From NCBI GenBank assembly GCA_964398485.1, contig CAYNMD010000003.1:1334-65333 (forward strand): a stretch of DNA of 64,000 bases, given 5' to 3'. Positions 48,340 to 57,539 of the stretch are shown piece by piece. The first letter of the stretch is position 1; the number at the start of each line of letters is the position of its first letter. The stretch is from an uncultured Bdellovibrionales bacterium. Lineage in GTDB: Bacteria; Patescibacteriota; Minisyncoccia; Moranbacterales; UBA1568. Made by a program: the position numbers and the translations under genes. A model generated the notes under the pieces. That model had not been told where the DNA came from and did not search any database. It saw nothing but the letters and a program-made list of their open reading frames with translations.

Positions 48340-49251
48340 TCAGATCCACTTTTTCCATTTGAAAATAAAGAGAGTGGAGAGGGAAAGGACGATCATGACA
48401 ATAAAGTGAATCCAAAATCCCAAGGGGCTCCCATCAAAGGGGAGATTGACCACGTTCATTGACATGGCATTGGAGTAGACAGAAAGGGGAAGAATGACCG
48501 CCGAAAACACCGTCAGCACCTTCATTGTTTGGTCCAGCTTATTGGAGAGAAGAGAGTTGTTGGTAGCCTCGAGCGCTTCGATTGTTTCTTTGCTTGACTC
48601 GAGCATGTTCCAGATACGGATATTGGTGCTGATGAGGTCTTGAAAATATACCCGCAATTCTTTGGGGATGAATGGCTGATCAAGGAGCGCAATAGATTCG
48701 AGGAGTGACCGTTGTGGCTTGAGGGTACGGCGGAAATTGAGAATATCTCGTTTGACCACGGAAATTTCAGCTACCATTTCTTTCTCGAGGCCAGCAAACA
48801 CCTTGGTTTCAATAGAGTCGAGTTTTTCTGAAATATGTTTCAGTTTGGGGAAACAGGATTCGAGAAGAATTTGGAGTAGTCTATAGAGAGTATGCGCTGG
48901 CGTAGCCTCAAGGTATTCGTGGCGTAGCGAAGGCCGACTTTCGAGATCATCAAAGAATTTATCAATTTGATAAATATGGTGTCGATGACCAGTAATGAGG
49001 TGATCCTTGGTGAGGATAATATCAAGCTCTCCAGGGTACGTCGTTCGCTCCTTGACATCAAACAGTGGGACATGGAGCGAAAAGAAGAGGCAGTTCGAAT
49101 ACCGGAGTACCCGAGGCTGATAGCTCGGGGTGACAAGCTCTTCGATGACCAGCGGATGAATATCGAAATGTTCACTGAGGTAATCGATATCGTCCTTTCC
49201 AGGAGTCTCAAAATCGATCCAGGTCAAATCTTTATGTTCGAGGATGCGCAT
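48340..49251 (-). CDS. corA: CorA-family magnesium transporter
   Basis: Two C-terminal TM helices with MSMN (GMN-like) loop; start set to MRILEHKDLTWIDF (49251) because the longer ORF overlaps yidD. Confidence 0.7.
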   Translation of the reverse strand: MRILEHKDLTWIDFETPGKDDIDYLSEHFDIHPLVIEELVTPSYQPRVLRYSNCLFFSLHVPLFDVKERTTYPGELDIILTKDHLITGHRHHIYQIDKFFDDLESRPSLRHEYLEATPAHTLYRLLQILLESCFPKLKHISEKLDSIETKVFAGLEKEMVAEISVVKRDILNFRRTLKPQRSLLESIALLDQPFIPKELRVYFQDLISTNIRIWNMLESSKETIEALEATNNSLLSNKLDQTMKVLTVFSAVILPLSVYSNAMSMNVVNLPFDGSPLGFWIHFIVMIVLSLSTLFIFKWKKWI

Positions 49252-49327
49252 TTTCTGTTGATTTTTTTCTAGTATATCAGGCCACTCTCTAGTTGACAAA
49301 GCAAGAGGGGAGGCGTATCCTCGTCCT

Positions 49328-49585
49328 ATGTTCCGCAAGCTCCTTTTGGCTCTCATCCGGCTCTATCAAAAGACACTTTCTCTCAACCATGGTCTCATAG
49401 GCTATGTAGTGTCCGAACGTTTTTGCCGGTTTCATCCAACTTGCTCTGAGTACACCTACCAGGCTATAGAACGCTGTGGCGTATTCCGAGGTAGCTGGAT
49501 GGGATGCAAACGCATCCTCCGCTGCCACCCATGGTCCGAAGGCGGTTACGACCCAGTCGTTCCATCTGAGGAAAAAGATCGTTAA
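49328..49585 (+). CDS. yidD: membrane protein insertion efficiency factor YidD
   Basis: [19 protein letters not shown] signature of YidD. Confidence 0.7.
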   Translation: MFRKLLLALIRLYQKTLSLNHGLIGYVVSERFCRFHPTCSEYTYQAIERCGVFRGSWMGCKRILRCHPWSEGGYDPVVPSEEKDR

Positions 49586-49604
49586 GAGTCACTAGGAGTC
49601 AAAC

Positions 49605-49805
49605 TTGAACCAAGTGTTGGAAAGACATGTGGTGCCCCAGCGCTCTTGCGCTGGTCTCGTGTTTCCTGCAGAGCCGGTGCGCAAGGTGTTCTGCCACCGT
49701 GTCGAACGCCCGGTGAGTCCGAGCATGGCACACTCCTACTTCAAGTCGGGGGATCCGAAATGTGGGGGCTGCAGCCACGCCCAGCTGTGCCAGAACGACA
49801 ACTAG
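49605..49805 (+). CDS. small Cys-containing ORF A in GC-rich island (TTG start)
   Basis: AGGAG 6 nt upstream of TTG; 66 aa; CGGCSHAQLC cluster; about 60% GC. Confidence 0.2.
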   Translation: MNQVLERHVVPQRSCAGLVFPAEPVRKVFCHRVERPVSPSMAHSYFKSGDPKCGGCSHAQLCQNDN

Positions 49806-49818
49806 GGAGGGAATCCAG

Positions 49819-50091
49819 ATGATTCATGACCTTCATGGTATGCGTCGTCCGCAGGCCTATGGCCGGCGACGGCGCGAACATCAGCAGGGCTTCGCTCTGT
49901 TGACTCCCGCTGTCGAGGCTCACCTGACCGAAGCGGCCACCGATCAACATCCACCGGTGCTGCGCTTCGAGTGCGCTCGCAACCCACAAGGTGGTACGGT
50001 GACGGTCGCCACGGCCCGGCGTCTCTATGCCCGCGGAAGCGGTGAGTGCAGCGCCTGTCGTCACCAACGTGACTGCAGCAACATCACCTGA
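49819..50091 (+). CDS. small ORF B in GC-rich island
   Basis: GGGAGGG RBS 7 nt upstream of ATG; 91 aa; ECSACRHQRDC. Confidence 0.25.
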   Translation: MIHDLHGMRRPQAYGRRRREHQQGFALLTPAVEAHLTEAATDQHPPVLRFECARNPQGGTVTVATARRLYARGSGECSACRHQRDCSNIT

Positions 50092-50105
50092 AGAAGGAGT
50101 GCACC

Positions 50106-50321
50106 ATGGTCACGGTATCGTCACCACAAGGTCAACGTCTGCGGCAATCTGGCGCTGCGCCCATTTATGGCGTGGCCACCAACATCTACTGCCGGCGAGT
50201 CCAACGTGAACTCCCTGTCGGTCAGATTCGCCAGACGCTGTTCGAGCCCAAGAACTCGAGCTGCACCTTGTGCAAGGAAGGGAACGGCGGTCAGTTCCCT
50301 TGCCAGGCCAAGCAGACGTAG
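50106..50321 (+). CDS. small ORF C in GC-rich island
   Basis: GAAGGAG RBS upstream of ATG; 71 aa; C-x-x-C pairs. Confidence 0.25.
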   Translation: MVTVSSPQGQRLRQSGAAPIYGVATNIYCRRVQRELPVGQIRQTLFEPKNSSCTLCKEGNGGQFPCQAKQT

Positions 50322-50337
50322 GAGCGAGCACGGATCT

Positions 50338-50577
50338 ATGAGTATTCTCCGCAAGGACGGACGCTCTGGCTTCGAGGTCGTGTCCTGCATCAACCCAGGC
50401 TGCTCCCACACCTATCTCCTCGGTCAACCCTATGGGAGACACACCTCTCCCGAGGGCAAAGAGGGTGGTACCTGTTCCAAAGCTTGTGAAGACGCCTTTA
50501 CGGCTCTCATGAGAAGGAAGCAGGAGGAAGCGCTTCGTGCTGATAGCCGGTGGCAAGATCTCATGCCTGCAACCTGA
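50338..50577 (+). CDS. small ORF D in GC-rich island (zinc-ribbon-like)
   Basis: 79 aa; CINPGCSH...CSKAC four-Cys arrangement. Confidence 0.25.
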   Translation: MSILRKDGRSGFEVVSCINPGCSHTYLLGQPYGRHTSPEGKEGGTCSKACEDAFTALMRRKQEEALRADSRWQDLMPAT

Positions 50578-50649
50578 ACATCTTCCATCTTCGAGGGACT
50601 GTCACTCAACGAGTGGTGGTCCCTCGCAACATATCTGGAGGGAAAATTA

Positions 50650-50940
50650 GTGGACAGAATCATTTCGGCCGAGCTTCGGCTCACCCTGGTAGTGATCTTT
50701 ATGGGTGACCCGGACCCACTTCAGACGCTCGTGAGTAGCGACGTGCTTTTCTTGGCGAGAGAAGATCCCTTCGCTGAGACACTCTTCGATCAGGAGCGGT
50801 ATACATTGCCACAGCCGATGATTCGTTTGGTCGAGCTGCCAAGGCCGCATGGCTTCTCGTCCTATGGTCCGCCGCACTATCGGCGCTGGCCACTCAATCG
50901 TTCCACCCGTCGCCATCAACGCGGCAAACACTCGAGGTAA
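50650..50940 (+). CDS. small ORF E in GC-rich island (GTG start)
   Basis: GGAGGG upstream of GTG; 96 aa. Confidence 0.2.
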   Translation: MDRIISAELRLTLVVIFMGDPDPLQTLVSSDVLFLAREDPFAETLFDQERYTLPQPMIRLVELPRPHGFSSYGPPHYRRWPLNRSTRRHQRGKHSR

Positions 50941-50943
50941 ACC

Positions 50944-51150
50944 ATGCGAGAAAATAAGTTCGGCCCTTTCTTTCCGGGCACCCGTGTCCTGTGCCTTGCC
51001 GCCAGTCCACTTGGGGGCGGCGCTCGAATCCTTCTTTCGGAAGCAGCCAGGAGGTACAACCGCTACGAGGATGGATCAAGTAGCCCTTGCCTTTGCTGTG
51101 GTGACCCCAAGATGCCGTGCCGTGCCCTACGCCAAGCCATGAGGCAGTGA
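50944..51150 (+). CDS. small ORF F in GC-rich island
   Basis: 68 aa; PCLCCGDPKMPC cluster; 3 nt after ORF E stop. Confidence 0.2.
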   Translation: MRENKFGPFFPGTRVLCLAASPLGGGARILLSEAARRYNRYEDGSSSPCLCCGDPKMPCRALRQAMRQ

Positions 51151-51290
51151 GGGGGACACATATCCGCAATGTCCACTTGTGGATGCGTTTGTTTCATCAG
51201 AACACTGCCAAGCATCCCGAAGAGTAGGACAACCGGCCCAGGAGGGGAATACCTCACCTGGGCCGTAACATTTTTCTACAGACACTCTTA

Positions 51291-51317
51291 TTAGCACTCT
51301 ACTTGACAGAGTGCTAA
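51291..51317 (+). promoter_or_regulatory. CIRCE heat-shock operator (HrcA binding site)
   Basis: Perfect TTAGCACTC-N9-GAGTGCTAA inverted repeat immediately upstream of hrcA. Confidence 0.85.
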
Positions 51318-51331
51318 TGCATTTTTATAAT
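51303..51331 (+). promoter_or_regulatory. sigma-70-type promoter overlapping CIRCE, predicted leaderless hrcA transcript
   Basis: TTGACA (51303-51308, inside CIRCE spacer) -17 nt- TATAAT (51326-51331); predicted TSS about 7 nt later coincides with A of hrcA ATG at 51338. Confidence 0.45.
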
Positions 51332-51337
51332 AGGGAT

Positions 51338-52087
51338 ATGAATAGTCGTCAACGCGAAGTCCTCGCCGCTATCGTCGAACTCTATACCAAGACCGCCGAG
51401 CCCGTAGGTTCGGAGGCACTTTTGGAACGGCATCATTTCCCGGTGAGTTCTGCGACTCTCCGGAATGATATGCTCTCGCTCGAAGAAGCGGGGTACCTCT
51501 ATCAGCCACACACGAGTGCCGGCCGCATCCCGACCGATGAGGGGTACCGCTACTATGTCGAAGAAATGATGGGGGACAAACCGCTCAGTAAGCGTGACCA
51601 GCTCCATCTCCAAGAAGAATTCCTCAAACTCCAAGCCAAGCATACCCGGACCGTCCGCACCACGGCCAAACTTCTCTCGGCTCTCTCAGGTAATTTGGCT
51701 GTCTCGGGAGTCATTGGGAAAGATGAAGTCTATGATTTTGGGATGAAGTCACTTATCGAAAAACCAGAGTTTCAAGAAATGGATGAGCTGTGTCGCCTCG
51801 TCGAAACGATGGATACGCTCGATGAGCGCATCGACATGCTTCTCGAAAGTGTGGCTGATGGTGAGACCAAAATTTTTATCGGGAAAGAAAATCCGCTCGC
51901 GGGTGCCGAGAACTGTGCCATGGTGGTCTCGCCCTATCGTGATTCATCCGGCGAGCGCGGTATCCTCGCTATCATCGGTCCCAAACGTATGGAATACGCC
52001 AAGAACAAATCCCTCATTGAGCACATGAAAAAACTCCTCTCCTCATCGCTTATCGTTATCATCATTCCATGGAATCTCCTCAGCTAA
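51338..52087 (+). CDS. hrcA: heat-inducible transcription repressor HrcA (short form)
   Basis: N-terminal wHTH MNSRQREVLAAIVELYTKTAEPVGSEAL...SSATLRNDMLSLEEAGYL; CIRCE upstream; grpE-dnaK downstream. Confidence 0.8.
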   Translation: MNSRQREVLAAIVELYTKTAEPVGSEALLERHHFPVSSATLRNDMLSLEEAGYLYQPHTSAGRIPTDEGYRYYVEEMMGDKPLSKRDQLHLQEEFLKLQAKHTRTVRTTAKLLSALSGNLAVSGVIGKDEVYDFGMKSLIEKPEFQEMDELCRLVETMDTLDERIDMLLESVADGETKIFIGKENPLAGAENCAMVVSPYRDSSGERGILAIIGPKRMEYAKNKSLIEHMKKLLSSSLIVIIIPWNLLS

Positions 52088-52221
52088 CCGAGCAAACTTC
52101 TCCCGAGGAAGAAACAAAGGATTCTTTGGATGAAGCGATGCTCACCGAAGCCGAACGCGCCGCTCAGTTTGAACTCATTAAATCAGCCATCTCACGTAGT
52201 TCGTAAATTTCAACAACTCAT

Positions 52222-52773
52222 ATGACACAGAAATCATCATCCACACCGCAGCCAATCGATGAAACGCTCGTATCTGAAGAGGTTACTCGAGAAGCAGGAG
52301 GAGAAATGCCTGACGCTGAAGTTGAGTCAAAAAGTGAGTGGCAGGAAAAAGCGGAAGAATATCTCACTGATCTCCAACGCCTCCAAGCTGACTTCGAGAA
52401 TTACAAGAAGCGCCAGCAGGCAGAAAGCAAAGAATTTTCCGCTCACCTTGCCAAAGCAATCGTCTCCGATCTTATCCCTGTGCTCTCTAATCTCCAAGCA
52501 GCGGCCGATCATGTGCCAGCTGACCTCCGTGAGAGTCCTTGGGTCATGGGTATCACCTATATCGAAAAACAATTCGAAGACGCTCTCAAAAATTACGGCG
52601 TCACCCCAATCGAAGTAAAGCCGGGCGACCCATTCAACCCCACCGAACACGAAGCGGTTGATCAGCAAACCAAAGACGGAGAAGAAAGTGAACACAAGAT
52701 AGAAAAGGTAGTCCAGAAAGGTTACAAAATGGGCGAACGAGTAATCAAAGCAGCGAGGGTGATAGTTTCCTAA
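52222..52773 (+). CDS. grpE: nucleotide exchange factor GrpE
   Basis: [14 protein letters not shown] coiled coil, C-terminal beta-domain; between hrcA and dnaK. Confidence 0.85.
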   Translation: MTQKSSSTPQPIDETLVSEEVTREAGGEMPDAEVESKSEWQEKAEEYLTDLQRLQADFENYKKRQQAESKEFSAHLAKAIVSDLIPVLSNLQAAADHVPADLRESPWVMGITYIEKQFEDALKNYGVTPIEVKPGDPFNPTEHEAVDQQTKDGEESEHKIEKVVQKGYKMGERVIKAARVIVS

Positions 52774-52808
52774 CGTTAATAATCGTAAATCACAATAACT
52801 ACAAGTAT

Positions 52809-54743
52809 ATGGCAAAAATTCTTGGTATCGACCTCGGAACCACCAACTCGGCAATGTCAATTGTCGAAGGTGGGAGTCCATCGGTCATTGAAAACAAGGA
52901 GGGGAATCGCACCACTCCATCGATGGTAGCGATCAGTAAAACGGGGGAGCGTCTCGTGGGACTCCTTGCCAAGCGGCAAGCCGTCACCAATCCCGAGAAC
53001 ACTCTCTTCTCAGTCAAGCGCCTCATCGGTCGCCGTTTTGAGGACGACGAAGTGCAGCGTGACATGAAGACTCTTCCCTACAAAGTGATCAAGGCCGAGC
53101 ATGGCGTCAAAGTTGTGATGGGTGGCAAGGAATACAGTCCACAGGAAATCTCGGCTATGGTCCTCCAAAAGCTCAAGAGTGATGCCGAAGAAAAGCTTGG
53201 TGAGAAAATTACCGACGCCGTGATTACGGTCCCAGCGTATTTCGATGATGCCCAGCGCAAAGCTACCAAAGAAGCTGGGGAAATTGCTGGTCTCAATGTC
53301 CGTCGTATCATCAATGAACCAACTGCCGCCGCGCTCGCCTATGGCTTCAACAAGAAGAAAGACGAGAAGATCGCCGTCTATGACCTCGGTGGTGGTACGT
53401 TTGATATCTCTATCCTCGAAGTATCCGAAGATACCGTCGAAGTGAAATCAACCAATGGCGATACCCATCTTGGTGGTGATGACTTTGATCAGAAAATCAT
53501 TCACTGGATCTTGGATGAGTTCAAGAAACAAGAAGGACTCGACCTCTCAAAGGATCCACTCGCTCTCCAGCGTATCAAGGAGTCAGCTGAAAAGGCCAAG
53601 ATCGAGCTTTCGACTGCCATGGAGACCGAAATCAATCAGCCATTTATTACGAGTGGTGCCGATGGTCCCAAGCACCTCGTCATGAAACTCACCCGCGCCA
53701 AACTCGAAGAGCTCGTCCATGAGCTCGTGCAGGGGACGCTCGAACCAGTGAAGAAAGCCCTCGCCGATGCCAAGCTCAGCGCCAGTGACATCAATGAAGT
53801 AGTCATGGTGGGTGGTATGACCCGAATGCCCTTGGTTCTCGCGACCGTGGAGAAATTCTTTGGGAAGAAACCCAATATCTCGGTGAATCCGGATGAAGTC
53901 GTCGCTGTCGGTGCCGCTATCCAGGGAGGAGTCTTGGAGGGATCGGTCAAAGACGTGCTCCTTCTCGATGTGACTCCACTGACCTTTGGGATCGAGACTC
54001 TTGGTGGCGTACGGACACCCCTCATCGAGCGCAACACCACTATTCCTGCGAGCCGCTCTCAGGTTTTCTCGACGGCTGCCGACAATCAGCCGCAGGTCGA
54101 GATCCACGTGCTCCAGGGTGAGCGTGAAATGGCTGCCGATAACAAGTCTCTCGGCCGTTTTGTCCTCGATGGTATCCCACCAGCGCCTCGTGGCATCCCA
54201 CAGATCGAAGTCTCCTTTGATATCGATGCTAGTGGCATCCTCTCGGTCACGGCCAAAGACAAAGCTAGTGGCAAAACCCAGTCGATCCGTATCGAAAGCT
54301 CGACCGGTCTCTCCAAAGAAGAAGTGGAACGCATGAAAAAAGATGCCGAGCTCCACGCCGAGGAAGATAAGCGCAAGAAAGAGTTGATCGAGGCTCGCAA
54401 TATGGCCGATACGCTTGCCTACAGTACCGAAAAGGCTATGCGTGATGCCGGAGACAAAATTACGGCCGATGAGAAGAAACCAGTCGAAGAAGCCATCACC
54501 GCGCTCAACGCTGTGAAGAATGGTGATGACCTGGAGGCTATCAAGAAAGCGACTGAAAATCTCTCACAGGCCGCTCAGAAAATTGGTGAGAAACTCTACA
54601 GGGCTGCCCAAGAAGCCCAGGCTGCTCAGACAGGAGCTACTGGTGCTGATACTCCCAAGGCAGATGAGGAAAATGCTCCAAAGGACGCGGAAGTGGAGGA
54701 GAAGCCAAAGGATGAGGGTGCCAGTGAACAACCGAAACAGTAA
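52809..54743 (+). CDS. dnaK: molecular chaperone DnaK
   Basis: [19 protein letters not shown], full Hsp70 NBD+SBD. Confidence 0.95.
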   Translation: MAKILGIDLGTTNSAMSIVEGGSPSVIENKEGNRTTPSMVAISKTGERLVGLLAKRQAVTNPENTLFSVKRLIGRRFEDDEVQRDMKTLPYKVIKAEHGVKVVMGGKEYSPQEISAMVLQKLKSDAEEKLGEKITDAVITVPAYFDDAQRKATKEAGEIAGLNVRRIINEPTAAALAYGFNKKKDEKIAVYDLGGGTFDISILEVSEDTVEVKSTNGDTHLGGDDFDQKIIHWILDEFKKQEGLDLSKDPLALQRIKESAEKAKIELSTAMETEINQPFITSGADGPKHLVMKLTRAKLEELVHELVQGTLEPVKKALADAKLSASDINEVVMVGGMTRMPLVLATVEKFFGKKPNISVNPDEVVAVGAAIQGGVLEGSVKDVLLLDVTPLTFGIETLGGVRTPLIERNTTIPASRSQVFSTAADNQPQVEIHVLQGEREMAADNKSLGRFVLDGIPPAPRGIPQIEVSFDIDASGILSVTAKDKASGKTQSIRIESSTGLSKEEVERMKKDAELHAEEDKRKKELIEARNMADTLAYSTEKAMRDAGDKITADEKKPVEEAITALNAVKNGDDLEAIKKATENLSQAAQKIGEKLYRAAQEAQAAQTGATGADTPKADEENAPKDAEVEEKPKDEGASEQPKQ

Positions 54744-54748
54744 TGACC

Positions 54749-54778
54749 AAGCGGGGCCTGAGTGCCCCGCTTTGATTA
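54749..54778 (+). terminator. rho-independent terminator after dnaK
   Basis: AAGCGGGGC-ctgagt-GCCCCGCTT then TGATT. Confidence 0.6.
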
Positions 54779-54792
54779 GAATAAAAATAAAT

Positions 54793-55392
54793 ATGTCGCA
54801 AGTTGATCCGTATTATTGGTTTGTCCAGGGGCGTCAATATTTGATCGCTGCTGAGACATTATTAGATCGAATAATAAAAAATGGAAATCAATTATCTTAT
54901 GTTGGCAAACCATTGAAAGATAAGGCCATTGAGAAAAGACTAGATAGTAATGATGCTTATTTATTTTTTCCATTGATGCTGTTGTTCTACCACGGTATTG
55001 AGCTATTCTTAAAAGCACTGTACATAATCGAAAATGGTAAAAGATACAAAAATGATCACGAAATTACCTCAATTTTAAATGCAGTAGACAAGAATACGGA
55101 TTTCAAGGTAATTGTTGATGAGGTTAAAAAATATACTTATTTCCTAGACAAAAATTTCCCAGAGTTTCATCAATGGTTAACTCTCAATAAATTTACGATC
55201 GATTCCTTCTACTTGTTTCTAAGGTATCCATCTACCACGATAGGTAAACGTCCGGGAATTGAAATTTTTCAAATCGAAGTACTGGGTCTAGAAACTAAAA
55301 CATTACCCCATTATCGTAAATTAAGAGCCGCAATTAGAAGCATTATCAAAGGTGGAGTAATAGTACTTCGTAAACATAAAGGTGTTAAATAA
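54793..55392 (+). CDS. hypothetical protein, strongly AT-rich ORF (possible HEPN-like Rx4H motif)
   Basis: 199 aa, about 30% GC versus about 46% host; GKRYKNDHEITSIL contains R-x4-H; ATG at 54793 just after dnaK terminator. Confidence 0.4.
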   Translation: MSQVDPYYWFVQGRQYLIAAETLLDRIIKNGNQLSYVGKPLKDKAIEKRLDSNDAYLFFPLMLLFYHGIELFLKALYIIENGKRYKNDHEITSILNAVDKNTDFKVIVDEVKKYTYFLDKNFPEFHQWLTLNKFTIDSFYLFLRYPSTTIGKRPGIEIFQIEVLGLETKTLPHYRKLRAAIRSIIKGGVIVLRKHKGVK

Positions 55393-55465
55393 ACATGGTT
55401 TTATGTCTCAACAAATCTTCATCATCTACATCACCCACTTTAGTCTGGCTGAAGCCAAGCGGGGG

Positions 55466-55510
55466 TAAAAAATTCAAACGGCGACACCTAGGTGGGGTCG
55501 CCGCTTTGTT
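55466..55510 (-). terminator. repeat hairpin copy 1 (minus-strand terminator of 55533..56177)
   Basis: + strand AAAAAATTCAAACGGCGACACC-taggt-GGGGTCGCCG; on minus strand reads hairpin then TTTGAATTTTTT. Confidence 0.55.
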
Positions 55511-55532
55511 TGCTGGCTGTTGCCAGATTGGA

Positions 55533-56177
55533 TCAGGCGCGGCGATAGCGTCGCGTCTGGATGGGCGCTTCCGAGAAGTTGCGCTCGAAGAAGTTGGTGA
55601 GCCAGGTGGCGATCATGAAGCCGCCGATGAAGGAGAAGGCGACTGCCGCCAAGAGGAGGAACAGGATGAAGATTCGTCCATCACGACTCTCGGAGAGCGT
55701 TTCACTCACGAACTCACCCACTTCGCTGGCGGCTTTGCCGGTGTGTTGGATGGCACCCCAGGTGTTGTGGAGCTGTGCTCCCACGTTGTACACCGCCGAA
55801 CCGACCGAAGCGAAGTCGCGCCGCTCGAACGCAGCCTTGACCGAGTGAATGGTGATGGCCAATCCTGTTCCGAGCAGGGGAATGATGATTGCCACGTACC
55901 AGAGATCGAAGATAGCCTTCATGAACTGCTTGGCTTCTTCGGGTGTCAGTTTCGGCTCTTCACCAGTCGTGAGCCAGGCAGTGGCCAGAAACGCGAACAG
56001 GATGAGGAGCGGCATCGAAAAGCCGATACCAGCCTGGAACTTGGCGCTCCAGAGAACGAAACGGAGGAAGGCACCACCCTGAGCTCGCACCACTTGGCGC
56101 GACACGCCCACCACATAGCAGTTCCAGGTCGCGATCGCGATGTTGAGAGCGAGCAGGAAGAAAACCAATGCGCTCAT
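55533..56177 (-). CDS. polytopic membrane protein (cassette gene 1, GC-rich)
   Basis: 214 aa, 5-6 TM helices; AAGGTGA RBS 7 nt upstream of ATG; flanked by the repeat promoter module and repeat terminator. Confidence 0.45.
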   Translation of the reverse strand: MSALVFFLLALNIAIATWNCYVVGVSRQVVRAQGGAFLRFVLWSAKFQAGIGFSMPLLILFAFLATAWLTTGEEPKLTPEEAKQFMKAIFDLWYVAIIIPLLGTGLAITIHSVKAAFERRDFASVGSAVYNVGAQLHNTWGAIQHTGKAASEVGEFVSETLSESRDGRIFILFLLLAAVAFSFIGGFMIATWLTNFFERNFSEAPIQTRRYRRA

Positions 56178-56240
56178 AGATCGGTCACCTTTGCAAAGGA
56201 CTCGATACGGATGCAGCCGATCCTGGTTGGAGAAAATCTA

Positions 56241-56290
56241 CCAACGAGATATTAAAGCATTTTATCGGATAAAAATCAAGGGTGTATAAT
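56241..56290. repeat. promoter module copy 1 (bidirectional)
   Basis: CCAACGAGATATTAAAGCATTTTATCGGATAAAAATCAAGG shared with 57540..57582; minus-strand reading gives TTGATT-17-TTTAAT; plus strand has TGTATAAT extended -10 (56283-56290) before DUF3467 gene. Confidence 0.5.
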
Positions 56291-56322
56291 AAGCAGTATA
56301 ATGAGTAAAGAAAATTCGTTGT

Positions 56323-56619
56323 ATGACTCAACCACAAACAAATCAAATTCAAATCAAGGCGAGTGATGACAAGGTAAAGGGGGAGTATGCCAACATGATG
56401 CAGGTGATGCACACCCAAGAAGAATTTGTCGTTGATTTCCTCAATGTGTTTCCGCCAGCAGGGACTCTCAACGCTCGTGTTATCGTCAGTCCTGGCCATA
56501 TGAAGCGCATCGTGGCAGCACTCGCGGACAATCTCGCTAAGTATGAAAAGCAATTCGGAGCGGTGAAGCCCAGTGATGCTCCTACTCAGAACCCCATCGG
56601 TTTTACAGATAGGGGGTAG
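56323..56619 (+). CDS. DUF3467 family protein
   Basis: 98 aa; GEYANMMQVMHTQEEFVVDFLNVFPP...ARVIVSPGHMKRIVAALADNLAKYEKQFG pattern of DUF3467. Confidence 0.45.
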   Translation: MTQPQTNQIQIKASDDKVKGEYANMMQVMHTQEEFVVDFLNVFPPAGTLNARVIVSPGHMKRIVAALADNLAKYEKQFGAVKPSDAPTQNPIGFTDRG

Positions 56620-56825
56620 TATCTATGTTGACAGAAATTTAATTTAATGATATTTTTTTGGTGCCCTCGGCTCATCAAGAGCTTAGCGTCATGAAAGGTG
56701 GGGGATGGTTGGTTGCATACGCTAGTGACCCAAAACCGCAATAGAGAGTTGGACGTCTCTATTGGCTATCGTCTAACGGAATAGCTCGGTCTCCATGTGG
56801 GACGCGGGCTTTTCATTTTTTTGGT

Positions 56826-56870
56826 CTATAAATTCAAACGGCGACCTTGTGGTGGGGTCGCCGCTTTGTT
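56826..56870 (-). terminator. repeat hairpin copy 2 (minus-strand terminator of 56890..57486)
   Basis: ATAAATTCAAACGGCGACC-ttgtggt-GGGGTCGCCG, same element as copies 1 and 3. Confidence 0.55.
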
Positions 56871-56889
56871 TCCGGTGTTCCGGATGGGG

Positions 56890-57486
56890 TCAATCAAAGG
56901 TGCTGTCGGGTCCTGTAGCGGCAGTCTCGATGGCACCTCCGCCGGAGTCTCCGCTGCGGGCAACGGGTTCGGCCAGAGTATCAGCCGACGCTGCGCTCTG
57001 CTGCGGTCGTGCGTAGCAGGCGGCTCCAGAGTCTTGTGGTTTGATGGGCTCGCCCGTAGCGTCAACAGCATCAGCTTTCGGGTCGCAGGGACGACCATCT
57101 GTCTCCAAACTCTCGGGACGAATCGCGTCACGGATGACCTCGACGACCACTGCGCCAGCCTGGACCACATCGGCGATGTCATCGAGATCAATGTCGACCT
57201 CATCACCGTTAGGCTGGACGGAGGGAGCGGCACGCCGTTCCGATTGTGGGTGGAGTTGGCGAGTCGACGTTGGTCTGGAGGTCGCTTGGGCAGACGGTCG
57301 CCCAAATGGGTACTGGATCTCTTCGGCAGTCAGTTCCCTGATACCAGTTGACCGAGCACGCCGAGCGAGCCGCTGCCGCTCTTCCTCTGCTTCCTGCTTG
57401 CTCTTGCGGCGCGACCAGAGCAGGCCAACGATGGCGAACAGCAGAATGACACAGCCTAAAGCCCACAACAGGGTTTCGATGGACAT
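56890..57486 (-). CDS. N-terminally TM-anchored protein (cassette gene 2, GC-rich)
   Basis: 198 aa; TM LLWALGCVILLFAIVGLLW then charged/acidic Ala/Pro-rich domain; AGGAGA RBS 5 nt upstream. Confidence 0.4.
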   Translation of the reverse strand: MSIETLLWALGCVILLFAIVGLLWSRRKSKQEAEEERQRLARRARSTGIRELTAEEIQYPFGRPSAQATSRPTSTRQLHPQSERRAAPSVQPNGDEVDIDLDDIADVVQAGAVVVEVIRDAIRPESLETDGRPCDPKADAVDATGEPIKPQDSGAACYARPQQSAASADTLAEPVARSGDSGGGAIETAATGPDSTFD

Positions 57487-57539
57487 GGGTTCTCCTGAAA
57501 GGTGCTGTTTCTCAGCTTTTTGAGCTGGCTGGTGAGCAA

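Noticed and set aside
49741-51257. Minus-strand ORFs of 90-150 aa across the GC-rich island
   Set aside because: Overlapping, low-complexity (Ser/Arg/Gly/Ala-rich), no RBSs. The plus-strand small ORFs each have a Shine-Dalgarno sequence and tight spacing, so the minus-strand ORFs are treated as GC-frame artefacts.
55395-56255. Plus-strand 286-aa ORF, with similar antisense ORFs at 56797..57351 (+) and 58070..58506 (-)
   Set aside because: Low-complexity Arg/Gly/Glu-rich translations typical of the antisense frame of GC-rich genes. The opposite-strand ORFs have RBSs, TM helices and terminators.
56640-56800. Possible tRNA or small RNA between DUF3467 gene and hairpin copy 2
   Set aside because: No cloverleaf could be assembled (no GTTC-type T-arm, no acceptor stem complementarity). 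Retained only as unexplained non-coding sequence.
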